Notes under the pieces: model-generated
The model's input: the letters and a program-made list of their open reading frames with translations, nothing else
What the model was told of the DNA's origin: nothing
Database searches by the model: none
Translations under genes and position numbers: made by a program
Virus record (IMG/VR): IMGVR_UViG_3300037067_007848
Span: 1-64,000 of that record
From: a virus
Lineage: Duplodnaviria > Caudoviricetes
Strand: one strand, 5' to 3'
DNA length: 64,000 nucleotides
Part shown: positions 48,451 to 58,312 of the stretch, in pieces
Numbering within the stretch: the stretch's first letter is position 1
How the letters are laid out: the number at the start of each line of letters is the position of its first letter

Positions 48451-49713
48451 ATGGAATATCATCAGTTTTCGTGTGGTTGTAAATTCCCAATTCAAGGTTA
48501 TTTTGAGGATGGAAAACCAAAAATAGATTTATCCCCAACAATAGAAAATATTCCCCTAGATTGTTCACGAACTTGGGAAATGCTTGGGAGAGGCGACACC
48601 TTTGGCGTTTTTCAACTAGAAAGTAATCAATGTGCGGGATTTTCTAAAAAGCTAAAACCATCTACCTTGGGACATCTTGCCGCCCTTGTAAGTATTATTC
48701 GCCCTGGTGTTATTGAATGTATTGAAGACGGTAAGAGTATGACCAACCATTATATTGACCGTAAAAATGGTGTTGAGCCAGTCAAATATTTCCACCCCGC
48801 CCTTGAAAATTCCCTCAAAAATACCTACGGCATTGCAATTTATCAGGAAAATGTTTTACAAATTTCGCGGGATATTGCGGGATTTAGTTTACAAGAGGCA
48901 GATTTATTACGTAAATGTGTTGATCCAAATTGTACAGTAGAATTAGAAAATGGCGAAATTACCAAAATTGGAGATGTGAATATTGGGCAAAAAATAAAAA
49001 CATTAGATGGCTATACTACAATATTAGATAAATTTAACAATGGTGAACAATTAGTATATAAATTTATATTTAATAATGGGCAATTTATCGTATGTACTGA
49101 TACACATAAATTATTATGTGAAGATGGCATTTGTTATTCGGCATACGATATTTTTACAAAACGAATTGGCGTTCAATCTATTAATGGAATAATATTTATA
49201 GAAAAAATTACCAAGGCCGAAATTATTGAAACAATTGATATATACGTGGATCATCCAAAGAATATTTACTATTTAAATGGAATTGCAAGTCATAACAGCA
49301 TTGGGAAAAAGTCTACGGAATTAATGGCCAAATGCCGAACAATGTTCATAGATGGATGTAAAAAACAAGGCATTGTAAATGAGGCAGAGGCAACACAATT
49401 ATTTGATTGGATCTCAGTCGGGCAAAGATACGCCTTCAACAAATGCGTTTCATTGGATACAATAGTAGAGACTAAATATGAAAATAAAACTATTGATAAT
49501 ATTGAAATAGGGGATGTAATAAAAACAAAAAATAATGAATATACAACCATTTTAGATAAAATAAACACTGGAATACAAGATATATATGAAGTAGAATTAG
49601 AAAATGGTAAAAAAATAAAATGTACATTAGCTCATAAATTTGTTTGTTCGGATAATAAATTATATACTTTACAGGAAATATTTGATAGTAATTACGAAAT
49701 AATATGTGAATGA
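48451..49713 (+). CDS. dnaE: DNA polymerase III alpha, piece 2, with a cis mini-intein and a terminal N-intein
   Basis: GVFQLES, RPG, YQE, EADLLRK|intein|SIGKK, YAFNK|CVSLDT...stop. Confidence 0.92.
   Translation: MEYHQFSCGCKFPIQGYFEDGKPKIDLSPTIENIPLDCSRTWEMLGRGDTFGVFQLESNQCAGFSKKLKPSTLGHLAALVSIIRPGVIECIEDGKSMTNHYIDRKNGVEPVKYFHPALENSLKNTYGIAIYQENVLQISRDIAGFSLQEADLLRKCVDPNCTVELENGEITKIGDVNIGQKIKTLDGYTTILDKFNNGEQLVYKFIFNNGQFIVCTDTHKLLCEDGICYSAYDIFTKRIGVQSINGIIFIEKITKAEIIETIDIYVDHPKNIYYLNGIASHNSIGKKSTELMAKCRTMFIDGCKKQGIVNEAEATQLFDWISVGQRYAFNKCVSLDTIVETKYENKTIDNIEIGDVIKTKNNEYTTILDKINTGIQDIYEVELENGKKIKCTLAHKFVCSDNKLYTLQEIFDSNYEIICE
48916..49296 (+). mobile_element. 127-aa mini-intein
   Basis: CVDPN...CTDTHKL...NGIASHN|S. 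Confidence 0.9.
49444..49710 (+). mobile_element. Split intein, N-half (89 aa)
   Basis: CVSLDT...KCTLAHKF then a stop codon. Confidence 0.9.
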
Positions 49714-50618
49714 TGGAAATAACAAAAGAACAAATAGAAAATGTTTATTATAATGAAAAACTCACTCTTAAACAAAGTGCAAGAAAATTAAAAATTGGTT
49801 ATAATAAATTTCGCCAATATATAAAAGAATATAGCATACAAGTTAAGCCTTCTCGCAAACAATATTTTGCAAATGATAATGCCTTTTCTAATTGGAATGA
49901 GAAAATGGCATATTGCCTTGGTTTTATTACAGGAGATGGACATATTTGGAAAAATAGACCATTTTTTACAATAGGAATACATGAAAATGATATCAAAATT
50001 TTAGAATATATTCGAGATTATGTATCCCCTGATTCGTTGGTAAGAAATGATCCAAAAAATAATAAAGTACAAATATGTGTACATTCAAAACAAATATGGG
50101 AAGATTTACAAAAATATAACGCAAATCACGATAAAACATTCAATCTAAAAATTGATTTTGATATTCCAGAAGAATTTTGGGGTGATTATTTAAGGGGATT
50201 TTTTGATGCTGATGGTTGTATTTACTATACACAACCTAAAAAATCACCTTATTACACTGCTTCGTTTTCATGTGCATCAAAACCAATGTTGGAATATATA
50301 AAAAATAGATTAGGTATTGGTAGACTTAGGTGTTTTAGAGAAAAATATTATGAATTAAGTTTTTCCCAATCAAATTGTCTAAAATTATATGATGTAATGT
50401 ATAAGAATGAAAATTGTTTTAAATTAGAAAGAAAATATGAAAAATTTCTTAAAATTCATACTGATTATAAATTTTGGACAAAAGAAGAAGACTCTATTAT
50501 ACTAGAACATATAAAAGATAGAAATACTAGACAGTTATTTACTTTATTAAATAGAGCACCTAAAGCCATTCAATCAAGAAAAAATAAATTAAGAAAAAAT
50601 GCAAAAATCAAGAATTAA
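49710..50618 (+). CDS. Free-standing LAGLIDADG homing endonuclease between the split-intein halves
   Basis: AYCLGFITGDG and YLRGFFDADG; LERKY. Confidence 0.92.
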   Translation: MMEITKEQIENVYYNEKLTLKQSARKLKIGYNKFRQYIKEYSIQVKPSRKQYFANDNAFSNWNEKMAYCLGFITGDGHIWKNRPFFTIGIHENDIKILEYIRDYVSPDSLVRNDPKNNKVQICVHSKQIWEDLQKYNANHDKTFNLKIDFDIPEEFWGDYLRGFFDADGCIYYTQPKKSPYYTASFSCASKPMLEYIKNRLGIGRLRCFREKYYELSFSQSNCLKLYDVMYKNENCFKLERKYEKFLKIHTDYKFWTKEEDSIILEHIKDRNTRQLFTLLNRAPKAIQSRKNKLRKNAKIKN

Positions 50619-51732
50619 AACAATAAAATATTTAGGTAAACAACCAACGATAGATATTGAAGTTGACCACCCCGAACATGTTTATTACGCCAATGGTATT
50701 CTAACCTCTAATTCTCACGCCGTTTGTTATGCCGCCAATGCCTATATTTCCGCCTATCTTAAATGCCATTTCCCCCGTGCATTTTATACATCTTATCTAT
50801 ATTACGCAAATAACCAGCAAAAACCACACGAAGAAATTCGCAAATTGGTCAAAGACGCCAAATTAAGTGGAATTGAAATACTTGGCCCAGATATTTTGCA
50901 CTTGTGCGAACATTTTACACTTGAGGGGCGGGATATACGATTTGGAATTGCCGACATTAAGGGAATTGGCAAAAACGCCTACAAAAAACTTTCTTTTATT
51001 CTTAAACAATATGTGAAAAATACGGAAAAAAAATTAGAAAATATTAGTTGGAACGAATTTCTCATTTATATATCACGAAAAATCGGCAGTGGTACCAATA
51101 TGATATTATTCCAGGGTGGGGCAATGTCATATCTCGGACTTTCCAGAACACAACTATGTTTTGAGTATGAATTATTTAATAGATTGACCGATTTAGAACA
51201 AATGTATATTGCCAAAGAAATGACCAATCAAAGTATTGCCGATAAAAAATTGGGCGATATTATAAAAATTTTAATAGAAGATAATATACCAAATGTGAGA
51301 AGGAAAGTAATTGTCGAGGGTATTATTAAAATGGCCAATAACCCGCCCTATAATATGGAGGACTCGCCCGAATGGTTGGCCCACACAGAAGCAAACTTAT
51401 TTGGGGTTCCTCTAATATGTTCGGGTTTGGAAAATAAGACCGAGGACGCCACCCATACTTGTATGGACTATATTCAAAGTCCCACCGAATGTTCAATTGC
51501 CCTATCTTTGGACGAAGTAAAAGAACATGTTACAAAAAATGGAAAAAGCAAAGGGAAAAAAATGGCGTTTATGACGGCGAGCGACCTGACTGGAAAGTTG
51601 GAGTGTGTGATTTTTCCAGAAGAATATGCCCAGTTTGAACTTTATATATTTGCGGGGAATAATATTTTGGCGGGTGGGACACCTAGTAAAGATAAATCAT
51701 CATTTATAATTAAAAATGTAAAGCAAATATGA
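50599..51732 (+). CDS. dnaE: DNA polymerase III alpha, piece 3, led by a 38-aa C-intein
   Basis: MQKSRIK...IDIEV..YANGILTSN|SHAVCYA..LKCHFP; IRFG..IKGIG; OB-fold KMAF. Confidence 0.92.
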   Translation: MQKSRIKTIKYLGKQPTIDIEVDHPEHVYYANGILTSNSHAVCYAANAYISAYLKCHFPRAFYTSYLYYANNQQKPHEEIRKLVKDAKLSGIEILGPDILHLCEHFTLEGRDIRFGIADIKGIGKNAYKKLSFILKQYVKNTEKKLENISWNEFLIYISRKIGSGTNMILFQGGAMSYLGLSRTQLCFEYELFNRLTDLEQMYIAKEMTNQSIADKKLGDIIKILIEDNIPNVRRKVIVEGIIKMANNPPYNMEDSPEWLAHTEANLFGVPLICSGLENKTEDATHTCMDYIQSPTECSIALSLDEVKEHVTKNGKSKGKKMAFMTASDLTGKLECVIFPEEYAQFELYIFAGNNILAGGTPSKDKSSFIIKNVKQI

Positions 51733-51821
51733 ACATTAAATAAATATTAAAATTATTTATAGTTAAATTCTTTATAGTTGAAATTATTTATCCTCTTTCT
51801 ATAATACCATTAGAGGAATTT

Positions 51822-52274
51822 ATGGACGAACAGCAAGATTTAATATTACAAAACCTAAAATTAGTCGTACATATAGCAAAAAGATTTGGTCCAAAAAATA
51901 ATGACGAATTACAGGATTTAGTTCAAGAGGGAAATTTAGCCTTAGTTAATGCCACCCGAAATTATAACGGTAAATACAAATTTAGTACATACGCCTGGAC
52001 AATTATTTATAGGGCAATCGCCCGCTATTATTATAAGCCATTCCCAATATTAATTGATTTATTTAATTTTGACGTTCAAGATTATCGTATATCGCCAAAC
52101 TTTCTAATTGACTATGACGACGGAAAAAATACCGATAATTTGACAGTTTTAATGTTAAAAACCCAGGGATATACATTTAAAGAAATTGGGGAAAAATTCG
52201 GGAAAGATTATCATTGGGCAAGTAGTAGATATGACAAAGGGATAAAATATATCAGGGGAATAATTAATGATTAA
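51822..52274 (+). CDS. Sigma70-family sigma factor
   Basis: NLKLVVHIAK, DLVQEG..AL, KFSTYA, GYTFKEIG. Confidence 0.88.
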   Translation: MDEQQDLILQNLKLVVHIAKRFGPKNNDELQDLVQEGNLALVNATRNYNGKYKFSTYAWTIIYRAIARYYYKPFPILIDLFNFDVQDYRISPNFLIDYDDGKNTDNLTVLMLKTQGYTFKEIGEKFGKDYHWASSRYDKGIKYIRGIIND

Positions 52275-52477
52275 ATTACTATCAAATCGTGAAATGGAGT
52301 TGTTTAGATTAGCGGTCAATTTGGCCATTCGATTAGACGATTGTAGGAATGGGCCAACACGCCAACCATTGCCGAAAAAATATCAAAAAATCTTTCTTTT
52401 GAAATTGATGAAGATGATATTTATGAGGTGTGCGAAATTGCCGAAGGACAATGAAATAACACCAAAAAAATCAAATA

Positions 52478-53687
52478 ATGAATAAAAAGGAAAATATTTT
52501 AATAAAGGAAAGAGTTAAGCCAAATAATATTACTATAACTCATCCAGAAGTTGCGGAACAATGGGATGGCGAAAAAAACGGGGATGAAAAGCCGGAATAT
52601 TATACGAAGGGAAGCAATGCGAAAATTTGGTGGTTATGTAATATGTGTCGTTATGAATGGCAAACTAAGATAGGTGATAGATGTTTGTATCATACGGGAT
52701 GTCCAGTATGTGCGAATCGTATTGTTTCCCATGGTAAAAATGACTTTGCTACAATTTGCCAAGATTTGGCAAAAGAATGGAATTATGATAAAAATAAATT
52801 AGGCCCAGAATATTATATTGCAGGTTCACATACAAAGGTTTGGTGGAAGTGCGAACACGGACATGAATGGCAGGCAAGATTAAGTAATCGAAAAAACCGT
52901 CATCATGGATGCCCATATTGTGCTGGCAAAAAAGTTCTTGTTGGTTTTAATGACCTTAAAAAATTAGAACCAGAATTGTGTAAAGGATGGGATTATAATA
53001 AAAATAAATTTGGACCAGAAAATTATACTAAATCTAGTCATAAACTCGTATGGTGGAAATGTGAAAAAAATCATAGTTGGCAATGTGCTATAAACAACCG
53101 AACAAGCAAGAATAAAACGGGGTGCCCATATTGTAGTGGGGCAAAAGTTTTAAAAGGATTTAATGATTTAAAAAAAAAACTATCCAAAAATTGCGGGAGA
53201 ATGGCATCCAACATTAAATGGCAATAATAAACCAGAAAATTATACAAAAGGAAGCAGAAAAAGGATTTGGTGGTTATGTAAATATGGACACGAATATTAT
53301 CAAGAAATACATGCAAGATGCATTAAAAATTGTGGTTGTCCAGAATGTGCTGGTACATATGGCGAAAAAACTGTTTCTGAATGTTTAAAAAATAACAATA
53401 TAAATTTTATACAACAAAAAACTTTTAATAATTGTAAATATAAAAATTTATTATACTTTGATTTTTACCTACCTAAATATAATTGCTGTATAGAGTATAA
53501 TGGAATGCAACATTATAAATATATAAAACATTTTCATAAAAATAAAGAAGTTTTTGAAATATGTAAAAAAAGAGATGAAATTAAGAAAAAATATTGTGAA
53601 GATAATAATATTGTATTAATTACTATATCATATAAAAATTTTAATAAAATTGATGAAATTTTAACAAAAGAATTACAATTAGCATGA
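52478..53687 (+). pseudogene. Zinc-ribbon-repeat (DUF4379-like) plus DUF559-like endonuclease, frameshifted at an A10 run
   Basis: WWKC..GHEW...GCPYC repeats continue in another frame after the A-run at 53170-53179 into FDFYLP..IEYNG.QH, ending at 53687. Confidence 0.8.
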
Positions 53688-55381
53688 ATAAAAAAAGAAA
53701 ACTTAGAATATTAGCCATTTCAGAATGTTCCCAGACCGCAAGCGGGTTCGGCACGTACTATAATGAGGTATTAAAGCGTTTAGTTGAGACTGATAAATAT
53801 TACGTTGGCGAATTTGCCTCTTATACAACCATCAATAGTCCAAAAGACACCCAATCTAAATGGAAAATTTATGCAAATGCTGTTCACCAAGACGATCCAA
53901 GATTCGCCCAATATAACATGGATTATCAGTCACAATGGGGGAAATGGAGATTTGAAAGAGTTTGTCTCGATTTCAAAAGTGACGTAAATTTTTCAATCAG
54001 AGACCCATGGATGCTCGAATATGAACTTTCTAGCCCATTTAGTCCATTTTCCCACAGAATTTGGATGCCTACAACCGACTCAGCCCCTATTAAAAACGAT
54101 TGGTTGGACCTATATATAGAAATAGATTCGGTATTTACCTATTCCGATTGGGCTTTAGATGTTTTAAAAGAGGAAAGTGGTGGTAAAATTAATCTACAAT
54201 GTGCCGCCCCTCCGGGTGTAGAAATTGATTTGTTCAAACCGCCCGCCAATAAAGGTCAACACAAAGCCAGTATGGGGCTTAACCCGAATATGAATATTGT
54301 CGGGACGGTCATGCGTAATCAAAAACGCAAACTTTTCCCCGACTTATTTCGGGCATTTAAACTTTTCCTTAATAAATGTGAGGAGAATGGGCAAAAAGAA
54401 CTGGCCAACAACACCTTTTTATACATTCATACGTCTTACCCCGATGCAGGTTGGAATCTTCCACAATTAATTAACCAGCACGAAATAGGACAACGCCTAA
54501 TATGTTCATATGTATGTCAAAAATGTCAGTCGTGGTTTGCCTCGCCATTTAATGATATTTATGCCACCTGCCCCAATTGTGGGGGTACGGCGATTATGCC
54601 AAATGTAACAAATGGGGTAGATAGGCCGACACTTGGCAAGATAATGGGTTGTTTTGATTTTTATGTTCAGCCGACCATTGCGGCGGGGCGTGAAATGCCC
54701 GTATGGGAAGCTGCTTCTTGTGGTGTACCCGTCGCGGTAATGCCCCATTCCGCGTTAAATGACGCCATCAAACATATACACGCCTTCCCAATTCGCATAG
54801 CCAAACAATACCTTGAGGCCGAAACGGCTGCCGAACGGGTGATGGTGGACACCGAAGATATGGCCCGCGTTATATATGACTTTTTTCAAATGCCTTTATA
54901 TAAACGTCAACAATTATCATTTAAGATTAGGGATAAAATAGTAAAACAATTTACGTGGGATAATACGGCTAAAATTTGGGAAAGTTATTTTGATAACATG
55001 GAATTAACTGGCCTTCAAGGCAAGTGGGATTCGCCCCCACGAATATATCCAATTCCTGATAAAATGCCCCCAAATCAGTCGGTTGAAGATTTCGTCACTT
55101 GGCTATATAATGAAGTGTTGCACCAACCAGAACGACGACATAGTTATCGGGCCTATAAAATTTGTTCCGACCTAACCTTCGGATTGGCCCAAGATGGTGG
55201 TGGAATACGCCAAATAAATCGAGAAATGATTTTTAATATGTATAGAGGAATGGCCAAAAATCGTAATGATTGGGATGCCGTAAGATGTGGAATGGTAAAA
55301 CTTGAGCCAGAGGACTATTTATTAAATGCCAATTTACATGAACGGGCTATAAAATTAAAACCTGGAGATATTATTAGATGA
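53684..55381 (+). CDS. Glycosyltransferase family 4 with an inserted zinc ribbon
   Basis: SGFGTY, RNQKRK, CQKC..CPNC, EAASCGVP, FTWD. Confidence 0.85.
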   Translation: MNKKRKLRILAISECSQTASGFGTYYNEVLKRLVETDKYYVGEFASYTTINSPKDTQSKWKIYANAVHQDDPRFAQYNMDYQSQWGKWRFERVCLDFKSDVNFSIRDPWMLEYELSSPFSPFSHRIWMPTTDSAPIKNDWLDLYIEIDSVFTYSDWALDVLKEESGGKINLQCAAPPGVEIDLFKPPANKGQHKASMGLNPNMNIVGTVMRNQKRKLFPDLFRAFKLFLNKCEENGQKELANNTFLYIHTSYPDAGWNLPQLINQHEIGQRLICSYVCQKCQSWFASPFNDIYATCPNCGGTAIMPNVTNGVDRPTLGKIMGCFDFYVQPTIAAGREMPVWEAASCGVPVAVMPHSALNDAIKHIHAFPIRIAKQYLEAETAAERVMVDTEDMARVIYDFFQMPLYKRQQLSFKIRDKIVKQFTWDNTAKIWESYFDNMELTGLQGKWDSPPRIYPIPDKMPPNQSVEDFVTWLYNEVLHQPERRHSYRAYKICSDLTFGLAQDGGGIRQINREMIFNMYRGMAKNRNDWDAVRCGMVKLEPEDYLLNANLHERAIKLKPGDIIR

Positions 55382-55923
55382 TTCCATTTCCAAATAAAAA
55401 ATATCAAATTATATATGCCGATCCACCATGGAAATACAATGATAAAATGAAAGGCCATAGCTTTAGCCTAGACCATGAATATAAAACACAAAGTAAACAA
55501 TGGATTTCATCGCTTCCTATAAATACTATTTCAGAAGATAATTGTTGCCTATTTTTATGGGTTACTTCTCCATTGCTAGACGAAGGAATTAAAGTTTTAG
55601 AAGATTGGGGATTTAAATATATAACCGTGGCTTTTTGCTGGACCAAACATAGCAAAAATGGGAAAAGAATTTATAATTTAGGACGATGGACAATGGGCAG
55701 TGTAGAATTATGTCTTCTCGGAATAAAGGGAAAACCTAATAGTTGGAGAATTAGTAAGAATATTAAACAATTGGTTGATGCCGAACGTACAAAACATAGT
55801 CAAAAACCAGATGAGGTACGAGATAGAATAGTTCAGTTATTAGGTGATAAAAATAGAATAGAACTTTTTGCACGACAAAAATATGAAGGGTGGGATTGTT
55901 GGGGAGACGAAATCAATGACTAA
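55378..55923 (+). CDS. MT-A70-family adenine methyltransferase
   Basis: IYADPPW, LFLWVT, WGFKY, HSQKP, IELFAR. Confidence 0.92.
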   Translation: MIPFPNKKYQIIYADPPWKYNDKMKGHSFSLDHEYKTQSKQWISSLPINTISEDNCCLFLWVTSPLLDEGIKVLEDWGFKYITVAFCWTKHSKNGKRIYNLGRWTMGSVELCLLGIKGKPNSWRISKNIKQLVDAERTKHSQKPDEVRDRIVQLLGDKNRIELFARQKYEGWDCWGDEIND

Positions 55924-57010
55924 AAACATTTTATTTATAGGCCCATATCGTCAACAGGATGGTTGGGGTCAATCTGCCCGCAATTTAATTTCCTCCTTAT
56001 TAACGACTTCGCACGATTTAACTCTTCGCCCAGTTTATTTAGCAAATACCTCATTAGTAAACGACGAAGTTTTTGATAAGTTGGAAGGAAAATCAGGAAA
56101 TTACGACGTTATTATACAAAATTGTCTGCCAGAACAATTCTCTTATAAATACGGGGCTAAAAATATTGGGTTTTTTTGTGTGGAAACCAACAATTTAGAG
56201 AATACTCCATGGATTAGTCATTGCAATTTAATGGACGAAATATGGGTTCATAGTTATTGCGAAAAAAGAACACTGGAATATTCAGGGGTAAAAACACCTA
56301 TTAAAATTATTGGTGGGTCAATAAATATACAAAAGTTTCAAAATGCTCCACCTAAAATGTATAAAGAAGACTTTGTTTTTTATTTTATAGGAAACGGAGA
56401 AAGAAAAAATCTTAAAGCCCTTATTACCGCATTTCATCTTGAATTTCGGCGAAATGAGCCAGTTGAACTTGTTATTAAAACTTCAGGAAATGAACAAGAG
56501 GTAATTCAATATATCCAGGGGATTAAACAAGAACTAGGACTATATCCCAATTTTGAGCAATATAAACAAGAACAAATCATAACTAAACATTTAACAGAAG
56601 AAGAGTTAGTTCAATTACACGTCAACGGCGATTGCTTTGTTATGCCATCCAGGGGCGAGGCATGGTGTATTCCCGCATTAGACGCCATGGGATTTGGGAA
56701 TATTCCTATTGTGACCGAAAATACTGGAATGGAAGATTTTGTTAAAAATAACGTTAATGGATATACAATACCTGGTCATGAGATTCCTGTATTATGTGCC
56801 CAAAGACCTCTTCCATATATATATACGGGAAATGAAACATGGATGGACCCCGATATAGAATCATTAATATGTGCAATGCGTGGGGCCTACCAAGCAAAAA
56901 AAAATAATTCGGTGCATTATCTAAAAATGGTGCAAGAAGGTAAAAAAACTGTTAATTATTACTCTTTTGAAAATACTGGGAAAAGATTAAATGACATCCT
57001 TTGTTCGTAA
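55916..57010 (+). CDS. Glycosyltransferase family 4
   Basis: DGWG, RKN, PSRGEAWCIP..DAM. Confidence 0.88.
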   Translation: MTKNILFIGPYRQQDGWGQSARNLISSLLTTSHDLTLRPVYLANTSLVNDEVFDKLEGKSGNYDVIIQNCLPEQFSYKYGAKNIGFFCVETNNLENTPWISHCNLMDEIWVHSYCEKRTLEYSGVKTPIKIIGGSINIQKFQNAPPKMYKEDFVFYFIGNGERKNLKALITAFHLEFRRNEPVELVIKTSGNEQEVIQYIQGIKQELGLYPNFEQYKQEQIITKHLTEEELVQLHVNGDCFVMPSRGEAWCIPALDAMGFGNIPIVTENTGMEDFVKNNVNGYTIPGHEIPVLCAQRPLPYIYTGNETWMDPDIESLICAMRGAYQAKKNNSVHYLKMVQEGKKTVNYYSFENTGKRLNDILCS

Positions 57011-57905
57011 TGTAATAAACAACGCTATTAAAGATGATAAACGTAGAAATATTATAGTCGCCCCCTACAATGGGGTATTCGACTATTTATTAGAGAAAAG
57101 TATAAAACATAATTTTTATTATTTGGGCGGATTTCAATATATCAATGATTTGCCCATAGCCAAAAATGTTATTTCGCCCAATCCAAATGAATGGCCATTG
57201 TTTTTTAGTGCCGACCTAATTATCTGCAATCATATAGAGGGGCAATTACAAGTCTGTCAACAAATATCTCAACTATTACACATTCCCCTTATTATTATTC
57301 ATCATGGATTACCAAATAAATTTGTAAAAAATCAAGATAAAATTGTGTTGTTTAATACAAATGGGCAAAACGCACGAATTGTCTTAGAAGAACAAATAAA
57401 TAGGGAGTGGTTTGCCGAATTCCTAATGATCCCTGATATAGTTGAGCAATTTGAACTAGGCCCAATGACCGACGAGATTATAACAATTGGTGGGCAATAT
57501 GATAATGGGATAATGAATTTTATTAAACAAATCGAACAGGGTGTTCAAAAACGCATAAATGTTATTCGCCCAAAAACCTACGACGATGCTATTGATGCTA
57601 TTAAAAAATGCGGCACATATCTATCTTTTGATAATGGGCTTGACAGAAATGGGTTTGTTTTATCAGCAATGGAAATGGGCAAACGTATTATTGCCACCCC
57701 GTCACCACTTAATATTTCATTGGTCCAAAATCAATATAACGGCTATATTGCGGATAATGCCTATTCCTTTGTAAAAATAATTAAAGAACCAATTAATCCA
57801 ACTATATTAAATAATGCTAAAATAACGGCATCACAATATATTGGGAATATTAATTTATGGGCACAATTTATAGAACAAAATCTTCACAAGTCTTTTAGGA
57901 TATAA
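56991..57905 (+). CDS. Degenerate GT-B glycosyltransferase
   Basis: LSAMEMGKRIIAT..NQYNGY. Confidence 0.65.
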   Translation: MTSFVRNVINNAIKDDKRRNIIVAPYNGVFDYLLEKSIKHNFYYLGGFQYINDLPIAKNVISPNPNEWPLFFSADLIICNHIEGQLQVCQQISQLLHIPLIIIHHGLPNKFVKNQDKIVLFNTNGQNARIVLEEQINREWFAEFLMIPDIVEQFELGPMTDEIITIGGQYDNGIMNFIKQIEQGVQKRINVIRPKTYDDAIDAIKKCGTYLSFDNGLDRNGFVLSAMEMGKRIIATPSPLNISLVQNQYNGYIADNAYSFVKIIKEPINPTILNNAKITASQYIGNINLWAQFIEQNLHKSFRI

Positions 57906-57907
57906 TA

Positions 57908-58312
57908 ATGAAAATTAAAATTTCGACACAGATTTTACCAGAAAAGAAAGATGAAAACTATACCTATTTTTATATTGGGAACGCCCATATTCTCGAAGAT
58001 GAATCGTGCGAAGAAATTATCTTGGACGATTGCCTAGACTTTGTGCAAAATCGTGATGAACAATTGGGCATTTTACTTAAAAAACTATCTCCAGGCGGAA
58101 AATTATCAATGTATGGGCTGGACTTATTTGAATTGGCCCGCAGTATTCATAATGGGCAAAGTAGTGTAGCATCTGCAAATTCCATGATGTATAATAAAAA
58201 ACAATCTTTGGACACATTATTTAGATTAATTACATCGTTTAGAAATGCACGATTAAATATTGTAGAAAAAAGTTTAGATGGAATGGTTTATAAAATAGAG
58301 GTAGTAAAATAA
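57908..58312 (+). CDS. Methyltransferase-like fragment protein
   Basis: DESCEEI...LDF...KKLSPGG. Confidence 0.5.
   Translation: MKIKISTQILPEKKDENYTYFYIGNAHILEDESCEEIILDDCLDFVQNRDEQLGILLKKLSPGGKLSMYGLDLFELARSIHNGQSSVASANSMMYNKKQSLDTLFRLITSFRNARLNIVEKSLDGMVYKIEVVK

Noticed and set aside
51750-51790. 15-bp AT-rich direct repeats upstream of the sigma gene
   Set aside because: Too AT-rich and short to distinguish from chance
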